DNA of 64,000 nucleotides from Candidatus Sulfopaludibacter sp. SbA3 (GCA_945893365.1 CAMDED010000018.1:3359-67358); one strand, 5' to 3'; positions 7,956 through 18,393 are shown, counted from the stretch's first letter. Program-made: numbers and translations. The notes: a model not told the origin generated them from the letters alone.

Positions 7956-9107
7956 ATGAACCCTGGCGCCCGTTACCTTTCCGTCGACGCTCTGCGCGGC
8001 CTGATCATGATGATCATGGCGATCGATCATGCCAGCGCCTTCATCGCACGGCAGCACGCGAGCGAATTCTGGGCGGGGGCGATGAGCGCCTACACCAGCG
8101 TCTTTCCGTTCCTCACCCGCTGGATCACCCATCTCTGCGCGCCCGGCTTCTTCTTTCTGATGGGCGCCGGCATCTACTGGTTCGCCGCCCGGCGGGACAC
8201 CGGCGGGATCGAAGCGGCGGCCGTCCGCCGTACGGTGTGGCGCGGCTTCGCGATCTTCCTGACGGGCCAGGTTTTCGAAACGCCGGTCCTGTTCCTGCAA
8301 GGCCTGCTGAAGCCGGCAACGGTCAGCCTAAACCGGATCTCCGCGCCGCCCCCAATGGACGGCAGCGCGCTGTACTGGGGTCTGATCACGCTTTCGGGAC
8401 TTGGGCTCGTGATGATGGTCTGCGGCCTCCTGTTGCGGCTGCGCCCTTGGGCTTGGCTGGTGGTGTCGGCGCTCTGCGTACTCGCGACCAATTCCCTCCT
8501 CCCAGCCTCGGGAAAGCCAGGGCCGTGGTGGGCGGTCGTCCTGCTGATGCCCGGCATTTCGCAGCACCTGCTGGTGATCTATCCGGTGATCCCCTGGCTG
8601 GCCGGAGCCGCCGCCGGCATGTACTTCGGCTATTGGTGGCGCGGCAATCCCGTCCAGGCAGGTCGGCGCGTCCGGATCCTGGGCGGAGTCCTGTTGCTGA
8701 CGGGCTTGGCACTACGGGCGGCGGGTGGTTGGGGTAACATCCGCCTGCCTCGCGACGCCGGTTGGATCGAGTTCCTGAACAACGTGAAGTATCCGCCGTC
8801 GTTGGTCTTCTGGACGATGTCGCTCGGCCTCGACCTGCTGCTGCTCGCCGTGCTGGTCCGCTTACCGGAAAAGTTGAAGTCCGAGCGGTCGCCGCTGATC
8901 GTGTTCGGCCAGACCCCACTGTTCTTCTATATCGCGCACTTCTACCTTCTGATGATTTGCGCGTTCGCGTTCTTCCGCGAAGCGGCTTCGTTGGAGGGCG
9001 CCTACCTGGTGTGGGCGGCCGTCCTGGTGGCGCTGTATCCGGTATGCGCGTGGTATCGGAGGTTCAAGATGGCCAAGCCCCGGGAGTCCCTTTGGCGCCT
9101 GTTTTGA
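7956..9107 (+). CDS. DUF1624 / heparan-alpha-glucosaminide N-acetyltransferase-like polytopic membrane protein
   Basis: ATG at 7956 follows GGAAAGG. The N-terminus RYLSVDALRGLIMMIMAIDHASAF is the typical DUF1624 start. The rest is multi-TM. Confidence 0.7.
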   Translation: MNPGARYLSVDALRGLIMMIMAIDHASAFIARQHASEFWAGAMSAYTSVFPFLTRWITHLCAPGFFFLMGAGIYWFAARRDTGGIEAAAVRRTVWRGFAIFLTGQVFETPVLFLQGLLKPATVSLNRISAPPPMDGSALYWGLITLSGLGLVMMVCGLLLRLRPWAWLVVSALCVLATNSLLPASGKPGPWWAVVLLMPGISQHLLVIYPVIPWLAGAAAGMYFGYWWRGNPVQAGRRVRILGGVLLLTGLALRAAGGWGNIRLPRDAGWIEFLNNVKYPPSLVFWTMSLGLDLLLLAVLVRLPEKLKSERSPLIVFGQTPLFFYIAHFYLLMICAFAFFREAASLEGAYLVWAAVLVALYPVCAWYRRFKMAKPRESLWRLF

Positions 9108-9161
9108 GGTGCCGTCCGCGCTCCAACGCGGCCGTGGCGCCTCCCTGGGACGCCTTCCGCG

Positions 9162-10037
9162 CTACTTTTCCTTCACCAGGTCCAGGAACGCTTTCGCGGC
9201 GTGGCTCAGCGCGCGGCGGACGGCGTACACCAGCCGGATCTTCCGCTCCACGTTGAGCTCCTTCACCTTGATAGCGCACAGGAGGTGGTGGTCCAGTTCG
9301 TGTTCGACGCACATTCGCGGCATGAACGCGACGCCCTGATTGCTCTGTACCAGACGGCGAATGGTTTCCACGGTCGGCATCTCCACATCCATGTTGAGCG
9401 GAACGCGGTGGGCCTGGAATTCCCGCAGTACGGCTTCGCGATACGGCGACACCACGTTGTGGGCAATGAAGGTTTCCATCCCGAGCTCGGAGATCGAAAC
9501 CGATTTGCGGTTTGCGAAGCGATGCGTCGGAGAGACCACGAAAACCAGCGCATCGCTGTAGATCACGCGCGAGACGATGCGTTCGTCGGCGGGCTCGTAG
9601 CTGATGACGCCGAGCTCGAGGTTGCCGTCCAGCAGATCGGCCGGAATCTTGCTCGACAGGCTGCGCCGCACCTGGATCTTCACTTTCGGATACAGCCGCC
9701 GGTACTTTTCGATGTGCTTCAGCAGGTAGAGCGCGGTCGACTCGTTCGCTCCGATCGTCAGACGGCCGGCTGAATTGTCCCGCAATTCGGCGAGAGCGTT
9801 CGACATCTCATTGTTGAGGTTCTCGAAGCGGCGCGCATAGTCGAGCACCGCGTGTCCGGCGTCCGTCAGAACGAGCTCCCTGCCGCCGCGGTCGATCAGC
9901 TTCTCGCCAAGCTCGCTTTCGAGTCTCTGTAACGCAAGCGAGACCGCGGGCTGCGTGCGGAACAACTTTTCCGCCGCCCGCGAAAAGCTGCGCTCATTCG
10001 CTACCGTGAGAAAAACCTGAAGGGGATATAGCTCCAT
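9162..10037 (-). CDS. LysR-family transcriptional regulator
   Basis: N-terminal HTH (LQVFLTVANERSFSRAAEKLFRTQPAVSLALQRLE) plus a LysR substrate-binding domain. It is divergent from the leu operon. Confidence 0.9.
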   Translation of the reverse strand: MELYPLQVFLTVANERSFSRAAEKLFRTQPAVSLALQRLESELGEKLIDRGGRELVLTDAGHAVLDYARRFENLNNEMSNALAELRDNSAGRLTIGANESTALYLLKHIEKYRRLYPKVKIQVRRSLSSKIPADLLDGNLELGVISYEPADERIVSRVIYSDALVFVVSPTHRFANRKSVSISELGMETFIAHNVVSPYREAVLREFQAHRVPLNMDVEMPTVETIRRLVQSNQGVAFMPRMCVEHELDHHLLCAIKVKELNVERKIRLVYAVRRALSHAAKAFLDLVKEK

Positions 10038-10050
10038 GCTTACCTCGGGG

Positions 10051-10121
10051 CCTCATAATCAATAATTATATGATATGATAATATTATTAATTTGGCAAAT
10101 CGATCATGCCCCCTCATAATC
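10051..10121. promoter_or_regulatory. AT-rich divergent control region between the LysR gene and leuA
   Basis: The exact 10-nt direct repeat CCTCATAATC occurs at 10051-10060 and 10112-10121. The dyad ATAAT-caata-ATTAT sits at 10055-10069 and has the shape of a LysR T-N11-A box. The interval between is a nearly pure A/T block inside a GC-rich genome. Confidence 0.4.
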
Positions 10122-10138
10122 GAGGGAGTGGAGATTTC

Positions 10139-11302
10139 ATGAGTAACCGAGTCTACATTTTCGACACCACGCTGCGGGATGGCGAGCAGTCGCCCGGGTG
10201 CAGCATGACGGTTCCCGAGAAGCTGCGGATGGCCCACAAACTGGCGGACCTGGGCGTGGACATCATGGAAGCCGGCTTTCCCATCGCTTCGGACGGCGAT
10301 TTTGAGGCTGTCGAAGCGGTGAGCCGCGAGTTCCCCTGGGTGCAGGTGGCGGCGCTCGCCCGCTCCTGCGCGCTCGACGTGGAGCGTGCCGCCGCTTCGC
10401 TCAAGCACGCGCGCAGGCCGAGAATCCACACGTTTATCGCCACGAGCCCGATCCATCTGAAGTACAAGCTGAAGAAGTCGCAGCAGCAGGTGCTCGAAGA
10501 GGCCTGCGCGGCCGTGGAACTGGCCCGGACGTTCGTCGACGACGTGGAGTTTTCCGCCGAGGACGGCGCGCGCACGGAAACGGATTTTCTGGAGAAGATT
10601 TCGAAAGCCGTAGTCGCCGCCGGCGCCCGCACCGTGAATATTCCGGATACCGTGGGCTACTCGGTGCCTGAAGAGTACGGCGCCATCATCGGACGTATCG
10701 TCAAGGCGTTGGGCGATTGCGCGGTGGTTAGCGTGCATTGCCATGACGACCTGGGACTGGCGGTCGCGAACTCGCTCGCCGCCGTGCAGGCCGGCGCGCG
10801 ACAGATCGAGTGCACGGTCAACGGCATCGGCGAGCGGGCGGGGAATTGCTCACTCGAAGAAGTCGTGATGGCGATGAAGACCAGGAACGACAAGCTGCCG
10901 TTCCATACGGGGATTCATGCGGAGCACATGTACGCCGCGAGCCAGATGCTAAGCTCGATCATCACGTTCGGTCCGCAGCCGAACAAGGCGATTGTCGGAC
11001 GCAACGCATTCGCTCACGAAGCCGGCATCCATCAGGACGGCTACCTCAAGGAAAAGAGCACCTATGAGATCATCGACCCGAAGTCGGTGGGGGTGCCCGA
11101 AGGCAGGCTGGTGCTGGGAAAGCACAGCGGACGCCACGCACTGAAGGTGCGGTGCGAGCATCTCGGCTTCCCTCTGACGAAGGAAGAGCTCAACGACGTT
11201 TACCAGCTCTTCACCACCGCGGCGGACCGGAAAAAGGGTCTCTCCGACGAGGAAATTATCGGTCTGATCCATGTGTCTCAGTCGCGGGTGCCGAGCGAAT
11301 AA
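10139..11302 (+). CDS. leuA: 2-isopropylmalate synthase family enzyme, short form without the C-terminal LeuA_dimer regulatory domain
   Basis: ATG at 10139 follows GGGAGTGGAG. The catalytic motifs IFDTTLRDGEQSPG and HCHDDLGLAVANSLAAV are present. It is ~387 aa, whereas regulated forms are ~510 aa. It is followed directly by leuBCD. Confidence 0.75.
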   Translation: MSNRVYIFDTTLRDGEQSPGCSMTVPEKLRMAHKLADLGVDIMEAGFPIASDGDFEAVEAVSREFPWVQVAALARSCALDVERAAASLKHARRPRIHTFIATSPIHLKYKLKKSQQQVLEEACAAVELARTFVDDVEFSAEDGARTETDFLEKISKAVVAAGARTVNIPDTVGYSVPEEYGAIIGRIVKALGDCAVVSVHCHDDLGLAVANSLAAVQAGARQIECTVNGIGERAGNCSLEEVVMAMKTRNDKLPFHTGIHAEHMYAASQMLSSIITFGPQPNKAIVGRNAFAHEAGIHQDGYLKEKSTYEIIDPKSVGVPEGRLVLGKHSGRHALKVRCEHLGFPLTKEELNDVYQLFTTAADRKKGLSDEEIIGLIHVSQSRVPSE

Positions 11303-11308
11303 TCACTC

Positions 11309-12391
11309 ATGAATCTGAATATTCTTGTACTACCCGGTGACGGGATCGGTCCCGAGGTCACCCACGAAGCGGTGCGCGTGCTGAAACGCGTGGCGGACAA
11401 GTGGGGACATTCGGTTGCGCTGACGGAAGCGCTGCTGGGCGGAATCGCGATCCACAAGACCGGGAATCCCATGCCTGACGAAACGGCGCGGCTCGCGCTC
11501 GCGGCCGACGCCACGCTCATGGGCGCGGTCGGGCTTCCCGAGTTCGACGACGCGCCGCCGGAGAAGCGGCCCGAGCGAGGCCTGCTCGGCATTCGCAAGA
11601 CGCTGGGAGTCTATGCGAACCTGCGGCCCGTGCGCGCCTATGCTTCGCTGATCGACTCGTCTCCGCTGAAGAATCACCTTGTGGAAGGCACGGATATGAT
11701 CATCGTCCGGGAGCTGACCGGCGGCATCTATTACGGCACGCCCCGCGGTATCTCCGGCGAAGGCGCGGAGGAGCGCGCCGTCAATACAATGACCTATACG
11801 CGCGCCGAAATCGAGCGCGTGTCGCGGGTCGCCTTTCATCTGGCGCAAGCGCGGCGGAAGAAGTTAACCTCCGTGGACAAATCGAACGTGCTCGAAAATT
11901 CGCAGCTCTGGCGCAGAGTGGTGATTGAGATTTCGGCCGAATTCCCCGATGTCGCGCTCGATCACATCCTGGTGGATAACTGCGCGATGCAGCTCGTCCT
12001 GAATCCGAAGCGTTTCGACGTGGTGCTGACGGAGAACATGTTCGGCGACATTCTTAGCGACGAAGGAGCGGTGCTCGCGGGGTCCATCGGCATGCTGCCG
12101 TCGGCGTCGATCGGCGATCGCCGTCCCTCGGGCGCGTGGACCGGTCTCTACGAACCCGTCCATGGTTCCGCGCCCGATATCGCCGGACAGAACAAGGCAA
12201 ACCCGCTCGGCGCGATAGGCTCGGTCGCCGCCCTGCTCGAATACAGTTTCGGTTTGAAGGAAGAAGCGGCGGCCGTGAATCGGGCGATCGAAGCCGTGCT
12301 GAACAGCGGAAGAGTGACGGCGGACCTGCGGCCCGCCGGTCCGCCGGCGACTACCGGGGAAGTCGGCGAAGCGGTTTGCGCCGCGTTGTAA
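11309..12391 (+). CDS. leuB: 3-isopropylmalate dehydrogenase
   Basis: Typical LeuB blocks are present (LPGDGIGPEV, NLRP, NMFGDILSDE, GSAPDIAG.NKANP). Confidence 0.92.
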   Translation: MNLNILVLPGDGIGPEVTHEAVRVLKRVADKWGHSVALTEALLGGIAIHKTGNPMPDETARLALAADATLMGAVGLPEFDDAPPEKRPERGLLGIRKTLGVYANLRPVRAYASLIDSSPLKNHLVEGTDMIIVRELTGGIYYGTPRGISGEGAEERAVNTMTYTRAEIERVSRVAFHLAQARRKKLTSVDKSNVLENSQLWRRVVIEISAEFPDVALDHILVDNCAMQLVLNPKRFDVVLTENMFGDILSDEGAVLAGSIGMLPSASIGDRRPSGAWTGLYEPVHGSAPDIAGQNKANPLGAIGSVAALLEYSFGLKEEAAAVNRAIEAVLNSGRVTADLRPAGPPATTGEVGEAVCAAL

Positions 12392-12421
12392 GCGTCTGGA
12401 ATTTAGAAAGGATCGAATACC

Positions 12422-13828
12422 ATGAGTAAACAGCGCACCATCATCGAGAAAGTCTGGGATTCGCACGTTGTACACGAGCAGCCGGGATCGCCGGCGCTGC
12501 TCTACATCGACCTGCACCTGGTTCATGAAGTCACTTCTCCGCAGGCTTTTCATGGCCTGCGCGAGCGCGGTCTGAAGGTGCGCCGCCCGGACCTGACGCT
12601 GGCGACGGCGGATCACAGCATCCCCACGACAGACCGTTCGCTGCCGATCGTCGATCAGGTCGCGGCGAAGCAGGTGGCCCAGCTCGGCACTAACTGCGCG
12701 GAGTTCGGCATCCCTTACCATGGCATTGGCAGCCGAAGTCAGGGAATCGTTCACATCATCGGGCCGGAGCTTGGCGCGACGCAGCCGGGCATGACAGTCG
12801 TCTGCGGCGACAGCCACACAGCTACCCATGGCGCTTTTGGAGCGCTCGCGTTCGGGATCGGCACAAGCGAGGTGGAGCATGTGCTCGCGACGCAGTGCCT
12901 GCTGCAGCGCAGATCGAAGACCCTTCAGGTGCGAGTGGACGGCACGCTCGGGAACGGGGTGACCGCGAAAGACATCATCCTCGCGCTGATTGCCCGCATC
13001 GGCGTCGGCGGAGCGACGGCTTCGATCATCGAGTATTGCGGCTCCGCCATCCGTTCTCTTTCGATGGAACAGCGCATGACGGTGTGCAACATGTCGATTG
13101 AAGGCGGCGCGCGCGCGGGTATGATCGCCCCTGACGACACGACCTACGAATACGTCGCCGGACGCCCGCTCGCCCCAACAGGCGCGGCATGGGACGCGGC
13201 TCTCGCGCGGTGGAAGCAGTTGCCTACCGACGCCGGTGCAGCCTTCGACCGCGAGATCTTCATCGGCGCCGATGCACTCGAACCGATGATCACCTACGGC
13301 ACGAACCCGGGAATGGGCGTTTCCATCACCGGAGTGCTTCCCGACCCGTCGTTGATTTCCGATCCGCGCGAGCGCGACTCCGTGGAGAAAGCTCTGCGGT
13401 ACATGGGCCTTGAAGGCGGAAAACCGCTGCTGGGCCATCCGGTGAACGTGGTGTTCATCGGAAGCTGCACGAATTCGCGCATCTCCGATCTGCGCAGCGC
13501 CGCTTCGCTGTTGAAGGGCCGGAAGGTGAATCCGAAAGTTCGCGTGATGGTGGTGCCGGGCTCCCAGGAAGTCAAGCGACAGGCCGAGGCCGAGGGATTG
13601 CCTCAGGTGTTCCGCGACGCGGGATGCGATTGGCGTGAGCCCGGCTGCTCGATGTGTATCGCCATGAACGGCGACCAGCTCTCGCCCGGCGAATACAGCG
13701 TATCGACGAGCAACCGCAATTTTGAAGGACGCCAGGGCAAGGGCGGGCGCACGTTTCTCGCGAGCCCGCTGACGGCCGCGGCCAGCGCGCTCACGGGCGT
13801 AGTGACCGACGTAAGAACGCTGCTTTAG
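12422..13828 (+). CDS. leuC: 3-isopropylmalate dehydratase large subunit
   Basis: Aconitase-family LeuC blocks are present ([40 protein letters not shown]). Confidence 0.95.
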   Translation: MSKQRTIIEKVWDSHVVHEQPGSPALLYIDLHLVHEVTSPQAFHGLRERGLKVRRPDLTLATADHSIPTTDRSLPIVDQVAAKQVAQLGTNCAEFGIPYHGIGSRSQGIVHIIGPELGATQPGMTVVCGDSHTATHGAFGALAFGIGTSEVEHVLATQCLLQRRSKTLQVRVDGTLGNGVTAKDIILALIARIGVGGATASIIEYCGSAIRSLSMEQRMTVCNMSIEGGARAGMIAPDDTTYEYVAGRPLAPTGAAWDAALARWKQLPTDAGAAFDREIFIGADALEPMITYGTNPGMGVSITGVLPDPSLISDPRERDSVEKALRYMGLEGGKPLLGHPVNVVFIGSCTNSRISDLRSAASLLKGRKVNPKVRVMVVPGSQEVKRQAEAEGLPQVFRDAGCDWREPGCSMCIAMNGDQLSPGEYSVSTSNRNFEGRQGKGGRTFLASPLTAAASALTGVVTDVRTLL

Positions 13829-13857
13829 CTCGATAACGACAGACAAAGAGACGACAC

Positions 13858-14469
13858 ATGACGCCATTCAAGAACTTCGAAAGCCGGCTGGTTCCCATGC
13901 CGGTCAACAATATCGATACCGATCAGATCATCCCCGCGCGTTTCCTGAAGACGACTTCGAAGGAGGGCCTCGACAAGCAGCTTTTCTGCGACTGGCGGTA
14001 CGATGAGCAAGGCAAGCCGAAGCCGGATTTCATCCTCAACCAGCCACAGGGACGAGGCGCGCAGGTCTTGCTGGCGGGCGACAATTTCGGCTGCGGAAGT
14101 TCGCGTGAGCACGCTCCGTGGGCGCTTACGCAGTTCGGATTTCGCGCCGTGGTCAGCACCTCGTTCGCGGACATCTTCAAGCAGAACTCTCTCAAGAATT
14201 CGCTGCTGCCGATCGTCGTTCCGCCGGATTTCCACGCCGCTCTATTCGCGCTGGTCGCATCCGACCCGGACGCGAAGATTTCCATCAACCTGCCCGCGCA
14301 GACGCTCTCGCTCCCGGACGGACGCTCCGTGGAATTCGAAGTTGACGAATTCTCGAAGCACTGCCTGATCGACGGCGTGGATGAGCTTGGCTACATTCTG
14401 AAGAACGACGCCGCCATCGCGAAATTCGAAGCGCGGCGGGAAGGCACGCTGAATACGCTTGCGGCCTGA
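13858..14469 (+). CDS. leuD: 3-isopropylmalate dehydratase small subunit
   Basis: LeuD blocks are present ([31 protein letters not shown]). Confidence 0.93.
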   Translation: MTPFKNFESRLVPMPVNNIDTDQIIPARFLKTTSKEGLDKQLFCDWRYDEQGKPKPDFILNQPQGRGAQVLLAGDNFGCGSSREHAPWALTQFGFRAVVSTSFADIFKQNSLKNSLLPIVVPPDFHAALFALVASDPDAKISINLPAQTLSLPDGRSVEFEVDEFSKHCLIDGVDELGYILKNDAAIAKFEARREGTLNTLAA

Positions 14470-14500
14470 GCCCGCGAGCCGGCGCGCCTCCGTTCATCGC

Positions 14501-14923
14501 CTACGCCTTCCACTTGTAGAAGTAGAACAGCAGCGGCGTCCTGCCTGTATTCACGATACCGTGAAGCTTGCCGGCCGCGCAATACATCATCGCGCCGGGA
14601 CCGATCCTGGTGATCTTGCCCTCGATCGAGATCTCGCCCGTGCCTTCGGTGATCACCATGAATTCCTCTTCAGGGTGCTGGTGCGGTTCGTGGGGAGTCA
14701 TGCCGGCTTTTAACAAAAGGCTGCCGGCAGTCATCGACTTTATCTGATCGGTGGGGCCATCGAAATAAATACGCAGATCCCCAAACGGCTCCTTGGTCAA
14801 CTTCGCCTTCGCCGTGGGGACAATGGTATTTGGAAGCGTTGCGGGCGCCGCTCCGAGCGCGCCTCCTTCAAACAGGGCGGCTTCGAGGCCTGCGAGTTTC
14901 AGTAAATCTCTTCGATTCGGCAT
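14501..14923 (-). CDS. Tat-signalled cupin-domain protein
   Basis: An N-terminal twin-arginine signal (NRRDLLKLAGL) is followed by a cupin core (HQHPEEEFMVITEGTGE ... GKLHGIVNTG). Confidence 0.7.
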   Translation of the reverse strand: MPNRRDLLKLAGLEAALFEGGALGAAPATLPNTIVPTAKAKLTKEPFGDLRIYFDGPTDQIKSMTAGSLLLKAGMTPHEPHQHPEEEFMVITEGTGEISIEGKITRIGPGAMMYCAAGKLHGIVNTGRTPLLFYFYKWKA

Positions 14924-14932
14924 CTTTCAATT

Positions 14933-15385
14933 CTAGTCGAGCAGCACGGCGCCCGTTCCCTGGATCAGATAGATGGTCGCCGGACCCTTCACTTTGGCCG
15001 GGTCGAACTTCCTCCCCTGTTCTTCCGCCTCGTGCCGGGCTCGAGCCACGGCCTGCTCGCGCGTCAACTTGAATTCGACCAGATTGCCTTCGGCGATGGC
15101 GGGTTTGCCTATGGCGCTCTTCGGGAACACTATATCGCCGTCGTCGACTTTGATCCGGAGCGAGCGGCCGCCGGAATCCTCCGCGAGGTTCATCCAGCAG
15201 CCCATCATTTCGCAGACTTCGGTGACCTTCCCCTTCACCTGCACGGCCTTGCCGACGTAAAGCGCGGGGTGGGCGGCGATCTCTCCGATCGGCGTCGCTT
15301 CCTTAAGCGCCAGTGCCTTACCCAGCTTCGTTTCAGCGCCCAGGAGCGCAGTGCAAACGACTGTAAACGCGGCGATGAATTTCAT
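14933..15385 (-). CDS. DUF4920-like secreted protein
   Basis: ATG at 15385 gives the signal MKFIAAFTVVCTALLGA. The block VKGKVTEVCEMMGCWM is characteristic of DUF4920. Confidence 0.6.
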   Translation of the reverse strand: MKFIAAFTVVCTALLGAETKLGKALALKEATPIGEIAAHPALYVGKAVQVKGKVTEVCEMMGCWMNLAEDSGGRSLRIKVDDGDIVFPKSAIGKPAIAEGNLVEFKLTREQAVARARHEAEEQGRKFDPAKVKGPATIYLIQGTGAVLLD

Positions 15386-15646
15386 GGACGTTACCTCGCT
15401 TCCATTGTAATCCGGGAGAGATGCTGTCGCCTGCGAAAAATGGTCCGTCTTTTTGGGGAGCCACACCGTCCGCGTCCCAACTTCCGATTCTCCGATTGCG
15501 CAGCCCCGTGCTGGTTCATCGTGAAATGGAGGAGCGCATTCCGCTGGGACCCTTACCAGGAAGTCTTGGTGGCAAAGCGCTGAGGGCGAAAACCGGCATT
15601 TTCACCCACACCATTCCACGGAGACCCGATAATGGATAATGGAAGC

Positions 15647-16576
15647 ATGAAATTTCTCCTGTCCGGCATCCTTGGAACGCTGCAAGTCGCCCTGTTGGCG
15701 CAGCAGCCCCCCTTGAAGACCGCTGGCGTGGAGCCCACCGACACCACGATCAGCGTCGACGTTACCCGCGTGGGCCTGCTCTTCACCGTTACCGACAAGA
15801 AGGGCAAGTTCGTTACCGATCTGGCCCGCGAAGACTTCCAGATCATCGAGCGCAAGAAGGAACAGAAGATGATCGAGTTCGCCGCCGAATCCGATCTGCC
15901 GCTGCGTCTCGGCATCCTCATCGACACAAGCAACAGCGTTCGCGACCGCTTCAAGTTCGAACAGGAAGCCGCGATCGAGTTCATCAACAGCGTAGTGCGG
16001 CCCCGCCAGGACCGGGCCATGATCGTCAGTTTCGATTCGGCGGCCGAAATGGTTTCCGATCTCATCGACGATCCCGAAAAACTGGCCGTCGCCGTCCGCG
16101 GCCTGCGGCCCGGGGGCGGCACCGCGTTTTACGACGCGATCTACTTCGCCTGCCGCGACAAATTGCAGCAGGACCAGCCCAAGCACAAATTCCGCCGCGC
16201 CGTGATTATCGTCAGCGATGGCGAAGACAACAGCAGCCGCGTCACGCGCGACCAGGCGCTTGAGATGGCGCAGAAGGCCGACACCGTGATCTACGCGATT
16301 TCGACCAACATTACACGCACGGAAAGCAACGGCGACAAGGTGCTGAAGTACCTGACGTCGGAAACGGGCGGACAGGCGTTCTTCCCGTTCAAAGTGCAGG
16401 ATCTCGCGCAGTCTTTTGCAAATATCGCCAACGAGTTGAGGCACCAGTATAACATCGCCTACCGCCCCGAGCCCCTGAAGGCCGACGGCCTTTTCCATCC
16501 CGTGGAGTTGAAGGTGAAGGGCCGTAAGGACCTGGTAGTGCGCGCCCGCAAGGGCTACTACGCGCCGAAGATGTAG
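15647..16576 (+). CDS. VWA (von Willebrand A) domain protein, acidobacterial VWFA-related type
   Basis: A signal peptide is followed by the MIDAS-type segment ILIDTSNSV and by GGGTAFYDAI. Overall layout matches the acidobacterial VWFA family. An alternative start exists at 15632. Confidence 0.75.
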   Translation: MKFLLSGILGTLQVALLAQQPPLKTAGVEPTDTTISVDVTRVGLLFTVTDKKGKFVTDLAREDFQIIERKKEQKMIEFAAESDLPLRLGILIDTSNSVRDRFKFEQEAAIEFINSVVRPRQDRAMIVSFDSAAEMVSDLIDDPEKLAVAVRGLRPGGGTAFYDAIYFACRDKLQQDQPKHKFRRAVIIVSDGEDNSSRVTRDQALEMAQKADTVIYAISTNITRTESNGDKVLKYLTSETGGQAFFPFKVQDLAQSFANIANELRHQYNIAYRPEPLKADGLFHPVELKVKGRKDLVVRARKGYYAPKM

Positions 16577-16606
16577 GACAGGGACAGGCCGGGGGGCCTG
16601 TCCTAC
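16573..16606. terminator. GC-rich stem-loop between convergent genes (possible bidirectional terminator)
   Basis: GGACAGGCC-gggg-GGCCTGTCC forms a 9-bp perfect stem at 16582-16603. An alternative outer pairing is GTAGGACAGG/CCTGTCCTAC. It overlaps the stop codon of the minus-strand gene. There is no clear U-tract. Confidence 0.45.
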
Positions 16607-18393
16607 TTGAAGCCAACCTCCGTCAGGATGATACTCAGTTCGCGGCGGTCGCCGGCCACGGAAAACGTCTTGTCGGCGGAAACCGTAACCGTCAAGCGCT
16701 CTCCTCCATACTCTTTCGCCGCCGCTTCCAGCCGGTAGGATCCCGGCCCGCTGAAGGTTTGCGCCGCCACCTCACGGCCGTCGATCGCGAGTGCGACGCG
16801 ACGCGCGGGTGAAGCATCCGGGATCACGAAACTCACGTGCAGCGGCGCTGCCTGACGCGGAGCCTTCAACAATACCGTCGCGGCCGCCGCCATCCACCTC
16901 CACCGGCCTTCCTCCAAATCGTAGACGCCGCTTACCAGATGCTCGGAGGCTTCCGGTGAATTCATGGGCAGCAGTTCGAGCGTTGGCTTCCGCTCGATCA
17001 CCAGATCCGCCCGGATCCGATCGATCGGGCCCGTCGAGAAATCGAACGGCCGGAATCCGCCGGACACCGTGGAATAGGCGGACTTCGTGCCCAGTCCGAT
17101 GATTCGCAACGGCAGCCAGGGGCGGATCTCCGCGCGCGCAATCGACACCAGCGTTCCGCCGCCTGTCGTGAAGGGCGCGGGATACCCGAGTTCGCTCGAA
17201 ACCACGATCTCGTCCGGACGCACGGCCTGGTTGTTTAGCAACGGCAACGCGCCCTCGGCTTCGAGATAGAACCGCAACCCCCACTCGGCGTTGACCCAGA
17301 CGCGCCGGTTCCCCATCTGACCGCGGAAGGCGTGCACAAACCGCCGGTAGCCGTCCCAGTGTTCGTAGTTCACGACCGCCAGCGCGATCGAGAGCGGCAT
17401 CTGAAGGGCGAACCCCGCCGCGAGCCAGCCGGGGCTGAGTCTTGAAGCGAGCAGCGCAACCGGAGCGGCCATCGGCAGCAGATACCGCGCGGAGCCCGCG
17501 AAAACCACTGCGGCCACGCTGACGAAAAACACAAAGATCCATGAGAAGAGGAATATCGCATCGCGATCGCGGCGCTTCGCGGACGCGGCAACCGCCGGCG
17601 GAACCAGCAGCGGGCACACAATCCACAGAGCGTGGATGCACAGCGCGACAGTGCTCTTCACTTTTTGCGGGATCGCCTGGAATCCGTAAGTCTGGAAATA
17701 ACCGGCGAGGACCGCCGCAGGAAGCGCGCCCGAAGAGACCCGTTCAAACACCTGCCAAACGGCGATCGCAACCGGAGCGGCAAGCGTCGAAATCCACGCC
17801 GGCCGCCAGTCTCGCGCGTAGAGCCACACGAACACGCCGAGAATCGGCGTCAGAAATACGCCCTGGAACGCCGACATCCCCGCCAGCGCGGAGCACCCGC
17901 AAGCGAGCGCCAGCCGCGGGCCCGACCGCCGCTCCACCGCGTTCGCGAATAGTGCGATCGCGGCCATCCAGAACGCGAGAAACGGCAGATCGGATTCAAG
18001 CGAATTTCCGTTCACTACAAATGCCGGCGTCGCGAGAAATAGCAGCGTTGCCCACAAGGGGCGCTCCGAAAAGCGGCGCGAAAGGGACCACATGGCCATC
18101 GCGGCCGCGACCGAAAACAGGGCATACGCCGCATGAAACGGGACTTCCCGCACGTCTCCCATCAGCGCCAGCAGCAGCGCCAGTATCCACGCGTTGAGCG
18201 GCGGATGCGAGTGTCCGCGCATGTCGACCAAATCGCCGAGGAACACGTACCGCGCATGCGTCGGGTGCGCCGGATCGATCTGGGCGTGCTGCGCGCCGTA
18301 AAGATAGTTCACGTCGTCGCCCTGGATCGCCTGATTCAGGAACGGAACGCGCAACAGCAAGACCACCGCCAGAATGAGAAGTATGGGCCGCAC
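16603..18393 (-). CDS. Polytopic membrane glycosyltransferase (GT39/ArnT/PMT_2-like) with C-terminal soluble domain
   Basis: The N-terminus FLNQAIQGDDVNYLYGA is followed by ~10 TM helices, in the style of ArnT/PMT-type lipid-linked sugar transferases. Confidence 0.6.
   Translation of the reverse strand: MRPILLILAVVLLLRVPFLNQAIQGDDVNYLYGAQHAQIDPAHPTHARYVFLGDLVDMRGHSHPPLNAWILALLLALMGDVREVPFHAAYALFSVAAAMAMWSLSRRFSERPLWATLLFLATPAFVVNGNSLESDLPFLAFWMAAIALFANAVERRSGPRLALACGCSALAGMSAFQGVFLTPILGVFVWLYARDWRPAWISTLAAPVAIAVWQVFERVSSGALPAAVLAGYFQTYGFQAIPQKVKSTVALCIHALWIVCPLLVPPAVAASAKRRDRDAIFLFSWIFVFFVSVAAVVFAGSARYLLPMAAPVALLASRLSPGWLAAGFALQMPLSIALAVVNYEHWDGYRRFVHAFRGQMGNRRVWVNAEWGLRFYLEAEGALPLLNNQAVRPDEIVVSSELGYPAPFTTGGGTLVSIARAEIRPWLPLRIIGLGTKSAYSTVSGGFRPFDFSTGPIDRIRADLVIERKPTLELLPMNSPEASEHLVSGVYDLEEGRWRWMAAAATVLLKAPRQAAPLHVSFVIPDASPARRVALAIDGREVAAQTFSGPGSYRLEAAAKEYGGERLTVTVSADKTFSVAGDRRELSIILTEVGFK

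Noticed and set aside
7673-7957. 94-aa minus-strand ORF containing CPDC (zinc-ribbon-like)
   Set aside because: It has only a single CxxC and no partner pair or recognisable family. It lies in the repeat-bearing spacer and abuts the DUF1624 start. It was judged spurious.
10066-10090. Fur box in the leu control region, with a related TGATAATATCA palindrome at 45155-45165 upstream of ThuA
   Set aside because: GATAAT-type hexamers are present, but alignment to the 19-bp Fur consensus needs two indels. These AT-rich words are equally well explained as -10-like promoter elements.
11864-13867. 667-aa ORF antisense to leuB/leuC
   Set aside because: It lies opposite strongly conserved leuBC coding sequence. 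Its composition is Arg/Ala/His-rich low complexity, typical of shadow ORFs in high-GC DNA. It contains no recognisable domain.
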